Part shown: one piece after another, positions 1 through 12,523 of the stretch
Numbering within the stretch: the stretch's first letter is position 1
Layout of the letters: every line of letters begins with the position of its first letter
From: Toensbergia leucococca
Lineage: Eukaryota
NCBI GenBank assembly: GCA_022813965.1
Contig: JALDZS010000135.1
Location: forward strand, 1 to 64,000
Reading direction: 5' to 3'
DNA length: 64,000 bases
The notes under the pieces: model-generated
The model's database searches: none
The model's input: the letters and a program-made list of their open reading frames with translations, nothing else
What the model was told of the DNA's origin: nothing
Position numbers and translations under genes: made by a program

Positions 1-319
1 GCCACGTCTTTGTGCTGACATTGAGGGTAGGGTGTTGATGAATAGAAGAATAGTGATCAAAAAGTGTGTTGTTGTTATGATTCTATTCAGGTACGTTGAC
101 TCAAAATTCCTACGTTGGCCACTTGCAATACTTTAAAAATTGACCTCGTACTCCGTAGCTAGTCCGAGGTTGTAGATCAGGGTCTTGGGTACGGATGCGT
201 ATTAGAAAACCGATGCCTGAGGCTGGCGAGGCTGGCTACCATCCATCTGCGTTCATCATGCCTCCGATCACTGCGGCTAACTGTGCCCTACTCCGTAACA
301 GCACCTGGATTCGAACACG

Positions 320-3300
320 ATGCATCGCCCATCTTGGCTGCGAAAAAAAGAGAAGAAACCCAAGTCTGATTTGGTGTTAGTCTCCGCAGATATTTCGACA
401 CCAATAAATCCCTCCAATACCTTATCCGTACCAGAAATCCAAAACAATACCGCCTCAAAGGTACGTTCTTATGAGGGAAAGGTGCCCATCAGATACCAAC
501 TGAGTTTTGTACAGGTCACACAGCATAAAGATGAGTCTGGCCAAAGCCTATGAGATCGAGCGTATGAGGAGCTGCGGAAAGATAAGAGAGACCTTGTCGA
601 TGCCTTTGAGAGTTTACTGCAGTCCATGCCAGAGATCCAGGCAGAGACTCTTCAAGTCGATGGAAACCCCGTTACACGAGAGAAGCAGATGTCAAATCTG
701 GTTAGTAAAAAATTGATGGTTATGAACAAGGAGCAATGGAGATTCCAAATCGGAAACGAGTCCGTGGAAATAAGGCAACAGGTTGACCGAATAGTCAAAG
801 TCGTGCTGGTTGCGAAAGACTTCATTTCTAGTGTAGCAAGTCTAGATCCCATTCATGCTGGATTGCCTTGGACTGGAGTATGTTTGTTACTTCCTGTGAG
901 TAGTCAGGCTTTTAGCTCATCCGTACTCAGTTGTAGCTTACCTTTTCGGCCGCAGTTGGTGGTAAATGATAGCAAGCAACGGACAGCAGCAATTGACGGG
1001 CTCGAATCTATCTCTGAAACCATCCGCCGCTATACTGAGATTGAGCTTCTCTATCTTCAGAGCGACGAGCGGACATTGAGATCAGATCTTGAAACTACAA
1101 TTACAAAGCTGTATAGCCAAGTGCTAGAATACGAAGCCAGAGCTGCATGCCAATTCAGTCGGAATGCAGCTGTTCAGTTTGCCAGAAACGTGGTAGAAGC
1201 AGACAATTGGAACGATATACTTGAGAAAGTCAAGCTATCAGAGATAGCTTGCGAAAAGCTTCTGCGAATTATAGATGCCAAGGACCATAAGACGCGCACA
1301 AAGCAACTACAGGCTAGGATTGACGAGCAGATCAAAAAGGTCCTTGAGCTGCTCAAAAACTCTCGCATCCAAGACAAAAACTATGAAAAGCTCGTTGTAA
1401 AAGAGCTAAACGCTGGAAGAAAGGAGCAAGGAGAGTGGCACAAGAATGTTGAGGAGTCCAGATGCTATGAATGTCTCCGAACTACGGATTACGAATTTAA
1501 CAAGAACAAAGTTCCAGACCGTATACCCGGAACCTGCGAGTGGTTCTTGCAGCATATGAAATATCGTAACTGGCGCGACAAGCAAACTTCGACATGGCTT
1601 TATGTCACTGCCGATCCAGGCTGTGGCAAGTCCGTGCTGTCAAAGCTTTTAGTCAATGAGTATGCGAAGAGAAATCCTACAGAAGCCGTTAGTATATGCT
1701 ACTACTTCTTCAAGGACGACAGTGAAGAGAACAGGAGCGCAAATCATGCCATGTGCGCCATTCTGCATCAGCTCTTCTCACAGAATCGCAACCTTCTGAG
1801 ACATGCCATGCCTGACTTTGGGCGTAATGGACAGAAACTCCCGCAATTATTTGATACGCTTTGGAAAATACTCCTCTCGGCTGCTGCAGACCCAGAGTCT
1901 GGAACTATAATCTGTGTTCTCGATGCACTTGATGAATGTGCAGAAAAAACTCGCATTCCGCTTATCAGAGAACTTGCAAGGTTCTATCTAGATCCTGATA
2001 TGGCGTCGAGAATGAAGTTCATTGTTGTCAGTCGTCCAAATACTGCTATGGCTGACGCTTTCTATGTAGGGAACCCGAACGTGGCGTCAGTTCAACTAGC
2101 GGGCGAAGAAGAGAGTGAGGTGCAAGCTATTCGTATTGAGATAGACTTGGTCGTCAAGGAGAGAGTAAAGCAGTTCAACAGCCTGAGACGTCGGAGAGGC
2201 ATCCAAGATGATGCCTACATGGACGTGCAAAAACGCCTTGATAAAGTTGAGAACCGGACCTATCTTTGGGTATCACTCATCTTCCCCGAACTGGATAAGA
2301 ATGCTGGACTTGCCAGGGGCAAGCTGCTCCAAGTCATCGAAACCCTACCGAAGTCGATCGACGAGGCCTACCAGAGAATTTTAGTTCAAAGTTCGGATCT
2401 TAATGAAGCTAAGAAACTACTCCATATTGTCGTTGCAGCCACGAGACCACTTGCCCTTGCAGAGATGAATATAGCACTGTCGATCGAAACTCATAGTGGA
2501 TCCATCGAGGACCTTGATCTTGAACCAGAAGCAGCTTTCAAAGTCCGTTTGCGTGAAATATGCGGTTTATTCATAACAATCCAAGATTCCCAAATTTTTC
2601 TTATTCACCAAACCGCCAAAGAATTTCTGGTGCCTAGGCTGGGTACAATGCAGCCTAGTAGCGGGCTGGGCTCCTGCCAGATGGGTTGGAAAAACTCGCT
2701 GGAGCCCATAGAGTCGAACCGCATACTGGCAAAAATCTGCATTCTGTATATCTTATTCGACGGCTTCGAACCTCCTACTTACTCGGTAAGCAGAGGCTTG
2801 CGTAAAAGGCTCAGTAATACTCGTGCACAGCGTCGCTACGCAGAGAAATATATTTTCTAAGCTATGCGGCAGAGAATTGGCCTCTTCACTTCCGCGAAGC
2901 GAAGGTTGAAAAAGATAGCGCACTTCTACAGCTATCGCACAACATTTGCTGTCCACAATCCGAGCGATTCCACACCTGGTTTTTCTTTCACCTGGATACC
3001 ATCTGGTTTCGCTTGTCAGGGCATTATCCTATCCAAGAGTTTAAAGAGATATATGGTTTCCCAATATTGACCGAATTGGTAATAAGATCGTTCCTGGGGC
3101 ACAAGGAAGCTGTAGAGTTACTGCTCGACAATGGCGTTAAGCCAGATCCTTCTGATTCTATTGGTCCATCGGCGCTTTCATGGGCAGCATGCCTAGGCTA
3201 CGAGAGTGTTGTGAAGGTACTACTTGATAAGGGTGCCAACGTCAATCATCAAGACGCTAATCACCAAACACCGTTGTTATGTGCATCCTTTTATGGAGAG

Positions 3301-3813
3301 AACGGTGTTGTGAAGCTGCTGCTTGAAAGTGGTGCTACACAAGACTGTAAGAATTATAGAGGTCAAACACCGATCATTCTGGCAGCCGACAAAGGGCACG
3401 AGGCAACAGTGGAAGTACTACTTGATAATGGTGTCGCATTAGATTCAAGAGGCCCCAGTGGCCAAACACCGCTACATTTTGCCGCGAACCAAGGGATGGA
3501 TGCGACAGTGAGGCTGCTGCTTAAAAGGGGGTTTGCAGCAGATATCGAGGACATAGAAGGCTCAACACCACTAAATATGGCTGTGGAGTATAGGCATCAG
3601 ACAACGGTGAAGCTACTTGCACATGACCTTCTCTTGAAAAAGGGGGTTGTTATGGACTTTGGTGACGAAGAGTTGGATATGAATTCTCTGGTAATCGCAT
3701 CTATTCATTCGCGCGGCCACACGGCTGTCATGAGACTTCTATATCCCGGCTTCGATACTCTAATCGAATCAGAATCTCCTACTCCTTTTATAGCTAGGCA
3801 GGAGGCCTCTTGA
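320..3813 (+). pseudogene. Fungal NLR-like gene (NWD/NACHT-N domain + NACHT NTPase + ankyrin repeats) with a premature stop and a frameshift
   Basis: Walker A ADPGCGKS, Walker B IICVLDALDEC, winged-helix IHQTAKEFL and about 5 ankyrin repeats (e.g. GQTPLHFAANQGMDATVRLLL). In-frame introns 461-514 and 896-955. TGA at 551-553 interrupts the motif SL[W]DRAYEEL. The ORF stops at 2860, but FLSYAAENWPLHFR continues in the -1 frame into the ankyrin ORF. Confidence 0.85.
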
Positions 3814-6116
3814 TTTCGAAGGACTCTAATCCCAAGCCGCCGTTGTGGAGACTGGTATCAGGGCTATGTCGTCTTCCTCGGATCGCTTGAAAAAGAAATA
3901 CCTTAAAACAGCATATATATGATGGGTACCTACCTCGACAGACTCTCTTCATTACAGACCCTATAAGTTTCTCGTTTTCTCCTGCTACTTGGCCTCAATT
4001 CTCCACTGTTCAATGGATCAATTGCGGTTTTAGTTACCTTCATTCTTCATCACTCATTTTGAAGGCACACGGAGGCGATGTACATCAAGAAAGTGAATCA
4101 TAGTTTCTTCAAGATGCTTCCAATCAGGAATTCAACGCTGACTCACTAAGGTATAACTCCTTTCTCAAATTTACACACGGAACTGAACAGCCATGAAATG
4201 TCACTATCCTACTCTTCCTACTGTGGTGCGCTTCTGCCCGGCACATTCCTTTGTTTGGTCTACGGAACCATAACCCCAATACTTTTTCAATTGCCGGACT
4301 TGTGGTCGCCTGGAGGTCTTTAATCTGGCTTGACATCTGCGTCAGGATCAGGGCATCGATGAGCGTTGGACTGAATGAACAGGATGTTTTCTGATACTGT
4401 ACAAAGCATGCAATGCATGGCCGTTCAGATTAACCTAGTACCTTTCAAAAGGCTTTCCCGCCCTCTTAGAGGTTGTTCACTCCATCCGACCAGAGGGTGT
4501 TCAAAAATCTTCGCAGACACTTGCAGAAGCTTTCCCAGTATGAGACACAATCAGTATGCTTACGGATGAAAAGTCTTTTCCCGGGCTATGAGAAAGAGTA
4601 TGAGCATCGATCTGAAACTCCTCCGGTCTGTGTTCTCGGTACATACTAGCTGCCCACAGAAGCTGGCTGGAATGCTTTGAATCAACAATCTCTGGAGATG
4701 AATGAACAAAGCCTGCCAGAAACAATAAAGCGTTGGCTTCTCGGCCCCGTTCCCCAAGTGGAGAACGAGGTCAGAGACGAATGCGTCGTGGACCTAACTT
4801 CCAGAGCCATTGTAATTGAGCCATGTGTCATCCTGGGATACTTGAATCCGGCAGAAGAGCCCCTTGAGTTTGGAAAAATGGCCAAGTCAAGGCCTATATC
4901 GTGACAGTCACCCAACACTACACAGCTATGCCGACAGAGATTTCCAAATCGAAAAACTCGGAACCCTCCCACCCAGCATCACACTTGGCCTGGATCACAG
5001 ACCCGATTTCTTTCGCATTTGGCAGATTTTTAGCCGCAGCGATGCCATCGCTAACCCCCATCGCCAATCAGAAAACATCTTGACCAGAGGGATAAACTCG
5101 AATCGCAAGGTGTGAGGAAGGAAATCAGAAAAGGATGCAATTCATCACTGACGCCGTGTTTCCATCAAAAAGAATTGCTTTGCAGGGTAAAGAAGATGTG
5201 TATTAAATTCCCAGGCGACGAAAACACAGTATTCTCAACCTCCCCGACGACCGTAGAGGATAAAAGAAAGAAAGAGAGAGAAAGAAAAAAGATGAGCAGG
5301 ACATGCTGGACTCGGTTTTTCATGGCGAAAAAGGGAGGGAATGCTCAACAACCATGAATTTTACACAACGTTATACACTTCAAGACACACTCGGAAGGCT
5401 TTGTTAACGTTACAAACGCTCAGATAAATACTCTGTTGAATTCACGGTAGCATCTCCCCTAGGCAAAAAAAAAGGGGGATGAAAGCTCAAGTTTAGACTC
5501 AGCATCCCCCCCTCTTCATCTTCACATTGAAAGCACTCACCCCCCGCCTCTCAAACCACCCCTTCTCAATACAGACATCACAAATTCCTGATATGAATAT
5601 ACTCTTTTCAATTCTCAACAGTCTCAACCTCAAATCTCTCACTCCCAAAAAAAAAAAAAAAAAAACTCTTGAAATTCAAAAAAAACCCCTTAATAAAAAT
5701 CACCACTAATCAGATACAAAAACTCCAGCGCTTCACCTCATCATATAAACAAGCAATTGATTCTAAAAAAAAATCCCTTTTTTTTCCAGCTTATTGAAGA
5801 AATTGAGTTAAATCTGATATAAAAATCTCTATTCCTAAAGCTTTAAAGTGTGTAACCCCAGTAAATTACTCCAACGTCAAAACTCACAGTCACATCATCT
5901 CAATAAACTCAAATCAGCTTCAGAATCCGTGTTGATTATTTGAAAGAAACTAGGATAAGGGTGATAAATTCAAGGTCTTTGACATGGCAACTCAATGAGG
6001 ATGACAAGACGGACAGTGGCTGTGTAAGGGGTGGGCGTTGAAGGAGAAGGTGAATGAGGGAAAACACAACTCCATCTGATTCGACATCGCAGAATTTTCT
6101 CCACAACCTTACATAC

Positions 6117-6146
6117 ATCATCATCATCGTCATCATCATCATCATC
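6117..6146. repeat. (CAT)n microsatellite, one interruption
   Basis: catcatcatcatcgtcatcatcatcatc read directly. Confidence 0.8.
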
Positions 6147-6367
6147 TGCAAACGCAAATACAATACACTATAAGCAAGATATCATTGAACGAAACAAAAG
6201 TAATATAAAGAGAACAGCCACCCGGCTTATAATGGATGCTAAAATCTAAAAAAAAAAAAAGAGGCCTCCAGAATGCACGTCAAAGTCATCAGAGCATCAA
6301 AACATTCGTTGAACCTCCAGAAAGCACAAGACAGACTGACCATCAAGCCGAATCTGCCAAATCCATC

Positions 6368-8133
6368 CTAAGCTGCCGCCGTGGCATTACCGCGCCTAGG
6401 CTTGAAAGTCGTATGGAAGTTCAGCTGCTTGACGAACCACGCGTTGTGCAATTTCCATTCTTGGGCCGGATTGGCAAGATTGACCTATCACCCCCGGAAA
6501 AGTCAGTATTCAACCCCAGACCTCATTTTCAAAGCATGTGACAAAAAATACCTCGAATCTCCTCAGAAAACTAGGTACAAGCTTATAAACCTCCAGCAAG
6601 CTAACGTTCTTCCCAATACAAGTCCTGGCCCCCATCCCAAACTGAATCATGCACCCATCCATTTCCTTTTTCTTCTCCGCCCCGGCCTCGATCCACCGCT
6701 CTGGCCTATAAACATCGACATCACTCCCAAAAATCTCAGGCCGTCGATGAATTACCCATGCGTTGCAGCCGACAATCGTCCCGCCCGGGATATGCTTACC
6801 ACAGATCTCAGCGCCTTGAGGTGGAACGACACGCTCGAGAGGAAGACCTGCGGCGGGGTGGAGGCGGAAAGCCTCTTTGACGCAGGCATCCAGGTAGGGC
6901 AACTTTTGGGACTCGGTCCATGTTACTAATCTGGTGGGGCGGTTTTCAATGGTGCCATCTCGGACTGCGGTATCAAGCTCGGCGACCAATTTATTGTAGC
7001 ATCGCGGGTTTTTGAGACAGTAGTAGAAAAGTGCCGAGAGCGTGATGGCAGTTGTTTCGGAGCCCGCGGTCGCCATGCTGTTTGCCATGACGAGAAGACG
7101 TCGGTCATCGAAGAAGTCGGGGCGGTCTTCCTTGGCCTTGAGAAACATAGAAAGAAGGTCGCCGCGGCGGACCATTGATTTCTCATCTGCACATTTGCCA
7201 ATTGCTTTCCTAGACTCCATTTCCGCTACGCGTTCAGTAACATGAGCTCTGGCAAATGCAACTGTTGGGGAACCGCCGAGAGTGAAAATGCCGTATTTGT
7301 CTAGGAGGCCGAGAATGGGGTTCTTAAGAAGAAAGAGGTCAAGCATGGGTATCTGGCCAATCTGGGAGGTGAGATTGTAAGAGTGAAGTACACATCAAGG
7401 GGGAAAGAGCGATTGTACCGGAGCAACGTAGCTGAACATTTTGCCAAGATAGCTGATAATTCCATCAACGTCTTCATTGCGATCTACAAAGCCGTGCCGC
7501 TTGCTATAAGTGATTTGGCCGATGACGTCGAAAGCGTAGAACTGAAGCCATTGGGCAAAGTCACACACGGCGTTCGTTGAAGAGTACAGGGCTTCGGTCT
7601 GATCCAAGAATTTTTCGGTGGTATCGTCCACTAATGGCTCGTACTGTACGAGTGCACTCATGGAAAAGGCACTGTTTACACTTCTTCGCAGTGCGGCATG
7701 GTACGACTCGTCGGTAGTAGAGAACAGCGAAGGAAGCCATTCGCCCTTGGACATGGGAATTTGAACGGTGTAAAACCCAGTCTGTTTTCATTAGCACTCT
7801 ACCCACCTCCCCCAGTCCCTTTAACGCTACCTTCAAGAAGCCTCTGTTCAATCCATAGATGGTCTTCAAGGCATTGGGATCGGCAAATGACAACACATTG
7901 GGCCCCAATCGCACAATATCTCCAAGTTCCCTGTGCAGTCTGATGTGGGTGATATCCGGCCTACGGCCCAGCACATCAAAGAAGCGCCACCAATCTGTCA
8001 AGGAAGCAAGGAAAGGGCCTGGATATTTCTCAAGACCATGAGTGAAACGATTCTTTGCAAAGTATGCAAAGGTGAGCAAAGTCAATGCGATAGGCCAGTG
8101 TTGGCGCAAGAGAGGCCAAATAGATTCCAGCAT
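6368..8133 (-). CDS. Cytochrome P450 (pisatin-demethylase/benzoate-hydroxylase-like group), 4 exons
   Basis: Exons 8133-7831, 7781-7419, 7361-6552, 6484-6368 joined by GT-AG introns. N-terminal TM anchor plus YPGP, I-helix AGSETT, EAFR (ExxR), PERW and heme motif FGMGARTCIG. Confidence 0.93.
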
Positions 8134-8987
8134 GATGAAGAAAAGTATGGGGAATGGAGAGTCACAGTAATCGGTTTCAAGAGATGTGTATTGAATGGTA
8201 CATGATGCGTAGTAGATGTGCTGCGAGTCTCGATATGGTGCAACATGGCATTGACTTGCAGGAGATGTAGGCGATTTATGGACAAATTAGTGTTTGTCTG
8301 GTGGATTCAAACGGCAGCACGGGCAGCAAAGTACGGCAAATGAAAGGCTTGTCCTTGCCGGTAGGCTTTCGGCATTTCATCAGTCAGTGCAACAGTGAGA
8401 CAATGTGGACGTGATGGCAGGCTTGGATGCGTCGTTGCTTCAAAGAGAGCGAAGAGCAGACTTCATGCAGCCGCGGCAGGAATGCCGTCGGACGGCACCC
8501 ACGCAGGCAACAAGAGCCGGATGCCGCCCAGAGATTTAAATGTGATATTCTAGAGTGCAGTGGAGACTGGAGACTGGAGAGTGGGTTGAGTAGAGTTGAG
8601 TAATTGAATTCAGGTAGCACAGCGTCGGATGTCAGAAATGAGAACGACATGGCCGCTCACCATCACAGTGGGAGAGTGGTAGAGTGGATAGGCAATAGGG
8701 TACTGACAATCGGACATCTGGATTGCGAAACTACATGGCATTCGCTCAATTGGTCATCGCTTTGTGGGGAAATACGCTCATATCGCTTAGAGATGCTGAC
8801 ACCCGCTTCGGCATCCATCGATTCCATGTACCGAGTCACAGTTCCACGATGCAACCAAGCTGTTTCTCTCCTACAATATATGCAAGAATCGACTACTTCT
8901 GACCGCCACTGCTAAGCTACCGGAAGAACCAATCCAACCACGTCGCGAGAAATGTATGCTATCAATCTGTCCAGCGCCCCCGTAGCC

Positions 8988-10583
8988 CTAAATGACGTGA
9001 CCTTCGTTTGCTCGGAGGATACCCCCATACACTTGAAGACATACCAAAATCATGTTTGCAATTCCCACAATCGCTGCTTGGACACCAAGGCTCGCACCGA
9101 ATCCGTCCTTCACGCCCTAGGACTGCTGGAAGTAGCCGACTGTGAAGCCACCAAGCACCCGAGATAAGTTAAGGAGACCTGACACTTCAGCTGATGCTGT
9201 AGGATATGATTCCAGAGCGTACGCCGTGATAGGTACCGAAGCCGTGATTACCCCAAAAACATACATGCCCCATCCGATGATGATGACGCCATAATTGAGA
9301 TGCTGTTGGAGCGCCTGCCCAAGCAAGATCAAGCCTGGGATCATGAAGAGGGCCGTATTATAGCTCATCCGTAATCTTGCCTTGGGTTTGAGGGTGCCGC
9401 CATGGTTTCGAACGTAGCGAGCAGCAAGAAAGTCATTGAACCAGTGGCCAAAGATTTCTGCAACCAGGCCACAACTGGAGTAAGTACAAAAAGCCAATCG
9501 ATCTGGGCCCGAAGCCATAGCCACCTACTATCTGAGTCATCTTGAGGAGAATGGTAGACGTGATATTGATCCCAACCGACCACATCATACTATTGGAATC
9601 GTCAGTGAATAACTATCCTAGAGCCTGGTCATACTTACTAATAAAGCATAATAGGTATGATGATAGGCTTTAAAAAGGTCGAGAGCAGGCGACGGAGACA
9701 GTAAAGGAGGGGCCTGAAGTAGCCTTTGTGATTCTTAATTTGCCATACACCGAGTACGCGCATCAATCTTGAACCCCTTGGTGGCTGTTGCTCGGTCGGG
9801 ATGGATCGGTTGTACCAAGTTTCGTCTGCGAAAAGCACAACCAGGACCAAGTCAAACATACAGGTTACGAAAACCACCCACATCACGTTCCGCCAATTAC
9901 CCGTACCGGCAACAATAAAGTTCGTGAAAAGAGGTGAGATGTATGGCAAGACGATGAACAAGGCCACCCAGATACCTATCTTTCGAGCATGCTCATGAAA
10001 GAAAAATATGTCTTTAATAGAACATAGACCAATCACCTGGAAAGCTCCAAGGGTGAGTCCCATGAGGGCTCGGAAAGCATAGAACACGGTAAAGCTGTGA
10101 GTTACTGAACATGCCAAGGTGAGCATGGCACCTGCCAACGTCGTCCAGAACATCAGCGGAGCTCTACCCCACCATGAGCATAGTGGCACCAAAATCAGTC
10201 CGCCAATGCCACCAACAAACGAGTCAGCCATGTTGGAGCAAGGGAAAATGGTGATTACTCCAAGTACTTACAGCATTATGACATTGAGATTTCCGGCATA
10301 GTTGACCTGGTTGGGACTCATATGCCACTTTTTGGTCTGAAGTACAATCAGAGGCACGCCAGCAGCTGAAACATTAGTCGCCGAGGAAAGCAGTAAAAGT
10401 AACTAGCAGTAGGATAGTATGTTTCTTCGTCCACGACCAATTCAAGGGATCATTTGGATCGTCTGTTGGCTGCGGAACTAATACTGTCTACGTTGATTAG
10501 CAAGTATCACAGATGCGCACAAATTATGTGCCTTTTTCTGGGCAAAACAAACATGACTGTCTTCGGCAAGCTTGAGAGATCCT
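8988..10583 (-). pseudogene. Major facilitator superfamily transporter pseudogene
   Basis: Typical N-terminus LKLAEDSH/TVLVPQPTDDPNDPLNWS, WGRAP loop and IFFFHEHARKIGIW. Lesions: a 1-nt insertion giving TAA at 10374-10376, frameshifts near 9465-9485 (LY/TPVVA/LVAEIFGHWFND fall in three frames), and TAG at 9117-9119 in GYFQQS*GVKDG. The 5' end is undefined. Confidence 0.85.
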
Positions 10584-11200
10584 CAAAGTAGGCTTCCTAG
10601 ATTAGAATGTCGAGATATCAGGTTGGGTAGATTTTGTCAATAAGTTTCGTTAGTCTGCTCAACTTCGTGAAGATATCGCTCGCTTTATAATGTCAAGTCA
10701 GAGTCTCTTCCCCAAACTCTTTTGAGGCGGCAAATATCGCAAGAGTCTCAGCTTTACATCCTTATAGAGTAAAGTGGCATTTGTTCCGGCGGTTCCCTTA
10801 CAGTCACTCTCAAAGCTAGATAGAACCAGGTTGAGCTTCAGTGATTATCAAAAAGAGGAGCCTCACAGCAAGCTCCGCGCGCTCTAGCTCAAGAGCAAAG
10901 ATTCTGTATCAAACATTCAATGATATTTAAGGGCCTTATGAAGGCTGTGGTCACTGACAACGTGTTTGTGTCTCATTCCCTTGACTAAATCACGTTCACT
11001 GCAAGTTTGCCCGTGCAGATAATGAACATAGTCAGTCAAGCCTACCTGGTGAGAAAGCCCCCTCAAAAAATATGAACATTGATGATGTCCTTGCCGATAT
11101 CATCGGCCGCCGCTTTATGACATATGTCATAGTATAGTTGGCGCAAGGTCTTTCACACACTTTATTATGTATTCAACCTCCGGGCCGCGAGGGTGTGTCT

Positions 11201-11256
11201 TGTAATACCAGGTAAGGTAGCCTTTGAATGTAATACCAGATAAGGTAGCTATTGAA
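11201..11256. repeat. 28-bp tandem duplication (2 copies, 3 mismatches)
   Basis: tgtaataccaggtaaggtagcctttgaa followed directly by tgtaataccagataaggtagctattgaa. Confidence 0.8.
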
Positions 11257-12523
11257 TGACATGATCTGAACAGGACTGAAGCAATCACGTGATCCTTGCG
11301 TACAAAGTCGTAATACCTGATACATAGGAAGAGAAAATAGAGTCAGCCTCAACAGTCAATATGACAAAATGCAGCTGAGACAGCACAGAAGTTGAGACAT
11401 ATCATTTTCATCTTTGTAGCGTCATTTCTTGAGCAGTGATAGTGACATCTGCCAGGTCTCATTGTTTGGCCGATTGAGGGGTGATCTCTTTACCTAATAG
11501 GGGTTCTGGGTAAACCGAAGCTAAAATATGCCCGGCCCCTGTCTCACTGTTCCAACCTATCAGAGCGTGCCCAGGCGCATTTCCTCATTCATAATGATCA
11601 ATTTGCAGTATTTTCGGGTTCATTTTCTTTGCTTGGATTGCATGCAATATTCTATCACATCCTATCGATGAGGTGGTGAGGAGAGTGACAATCCAGCAGT
11701 GCATTTTACCTCAGTCCCTCCGTCCTAACGTAGGTTGCGCTATGACAAAGGCCGAAAGGATGTGACCTTTCAGCATTGCGGATTATGAAAGAGTTCAAAT
11801 CCCGACTAAGATTAAATGCCCTCACAGCTTTATTCAGGGCACCTCAATCAAGCCTAAAACTAATGCAGGTACGGAGATTACCTTAGTGCGAGGATGGGGA
11901 TCGTACTAAGCGCAGCGTCTACAACATCACCTCCTGTCTGCACACCAATTTGATCTCCTCCGCCAATCATCTACAGTAGAATCATACCAGGCCAATTGGC
12001 CAAGAACCCACCAGCACAAACTACATGGTCGTATCCGTATTCGTACTCGTACGTCATGACGACAAGGACCTCCAGCGCCAGACAGGAGTCATATCAGGAC
12101 AATGTTTTCACCAATAGTAGAAGCTGCGCTCTCCAAAACGGCCAGAGGACAAGGCGCTTACCCTCTAATAGCCATACTTTCTGCCTCGTGTTCGGGCTTG
12201 ACCACTAACGCATAGAATATGGAAGACTCGCCGATGCGCCCAGACGCTAGGGCAGACTGTTTGATCGACAAGGTGGAGTACATTAGTAGGTAGGCTCGTA
12301 GGTAGGTAATCTCTCGATTTGATGACATCTAGTCCTTGGACTGGAACACATTCACTCCTTCAACCTTCACCATTTCAATCATTTCTGTCATACTTTGGCG
12401 ACTGTTACCTTGCAAACGTTTGTTTGCGTCCTGTCCTTAGACACTGCCATACCTATCAACACTCATTTAGGCTCCTTTCGGCTCTAGCTAGTCAATCCCT
12501 TCTATTCTGTAATATATTCTACC

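Noticed and set aside
2786..2874. Intron explaining the NLR frameshift (GTAAGC donor at 2786)
   Set aside because: The available CAG acceptors at 2830 and 2843 give 45- or 58-nt introns that do not join the downstream frame; a 1-nt deletion explains it more simply.
4124..5115. Cluster of short ORFs downstream of the NLR (possible effector or amyloid partner gene)
   Set aside because: No HeLo, gasdermin-like, HET or amyloid-repeat motif is visible, and no coherent gene model could be built.
5400..5950. AT-rich stretch with A/T homopolymers as a RIP-degraded transposon
   Set aside because: No terminal repeats or coding remnants are recognisable; it cannot be told apart from low-complexity intergenic DNA.
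11740..11810. tRNA-like GTTCAAATCCC motif
   Set aside because: No pairing T-stem or acceptor stem could be built around it.
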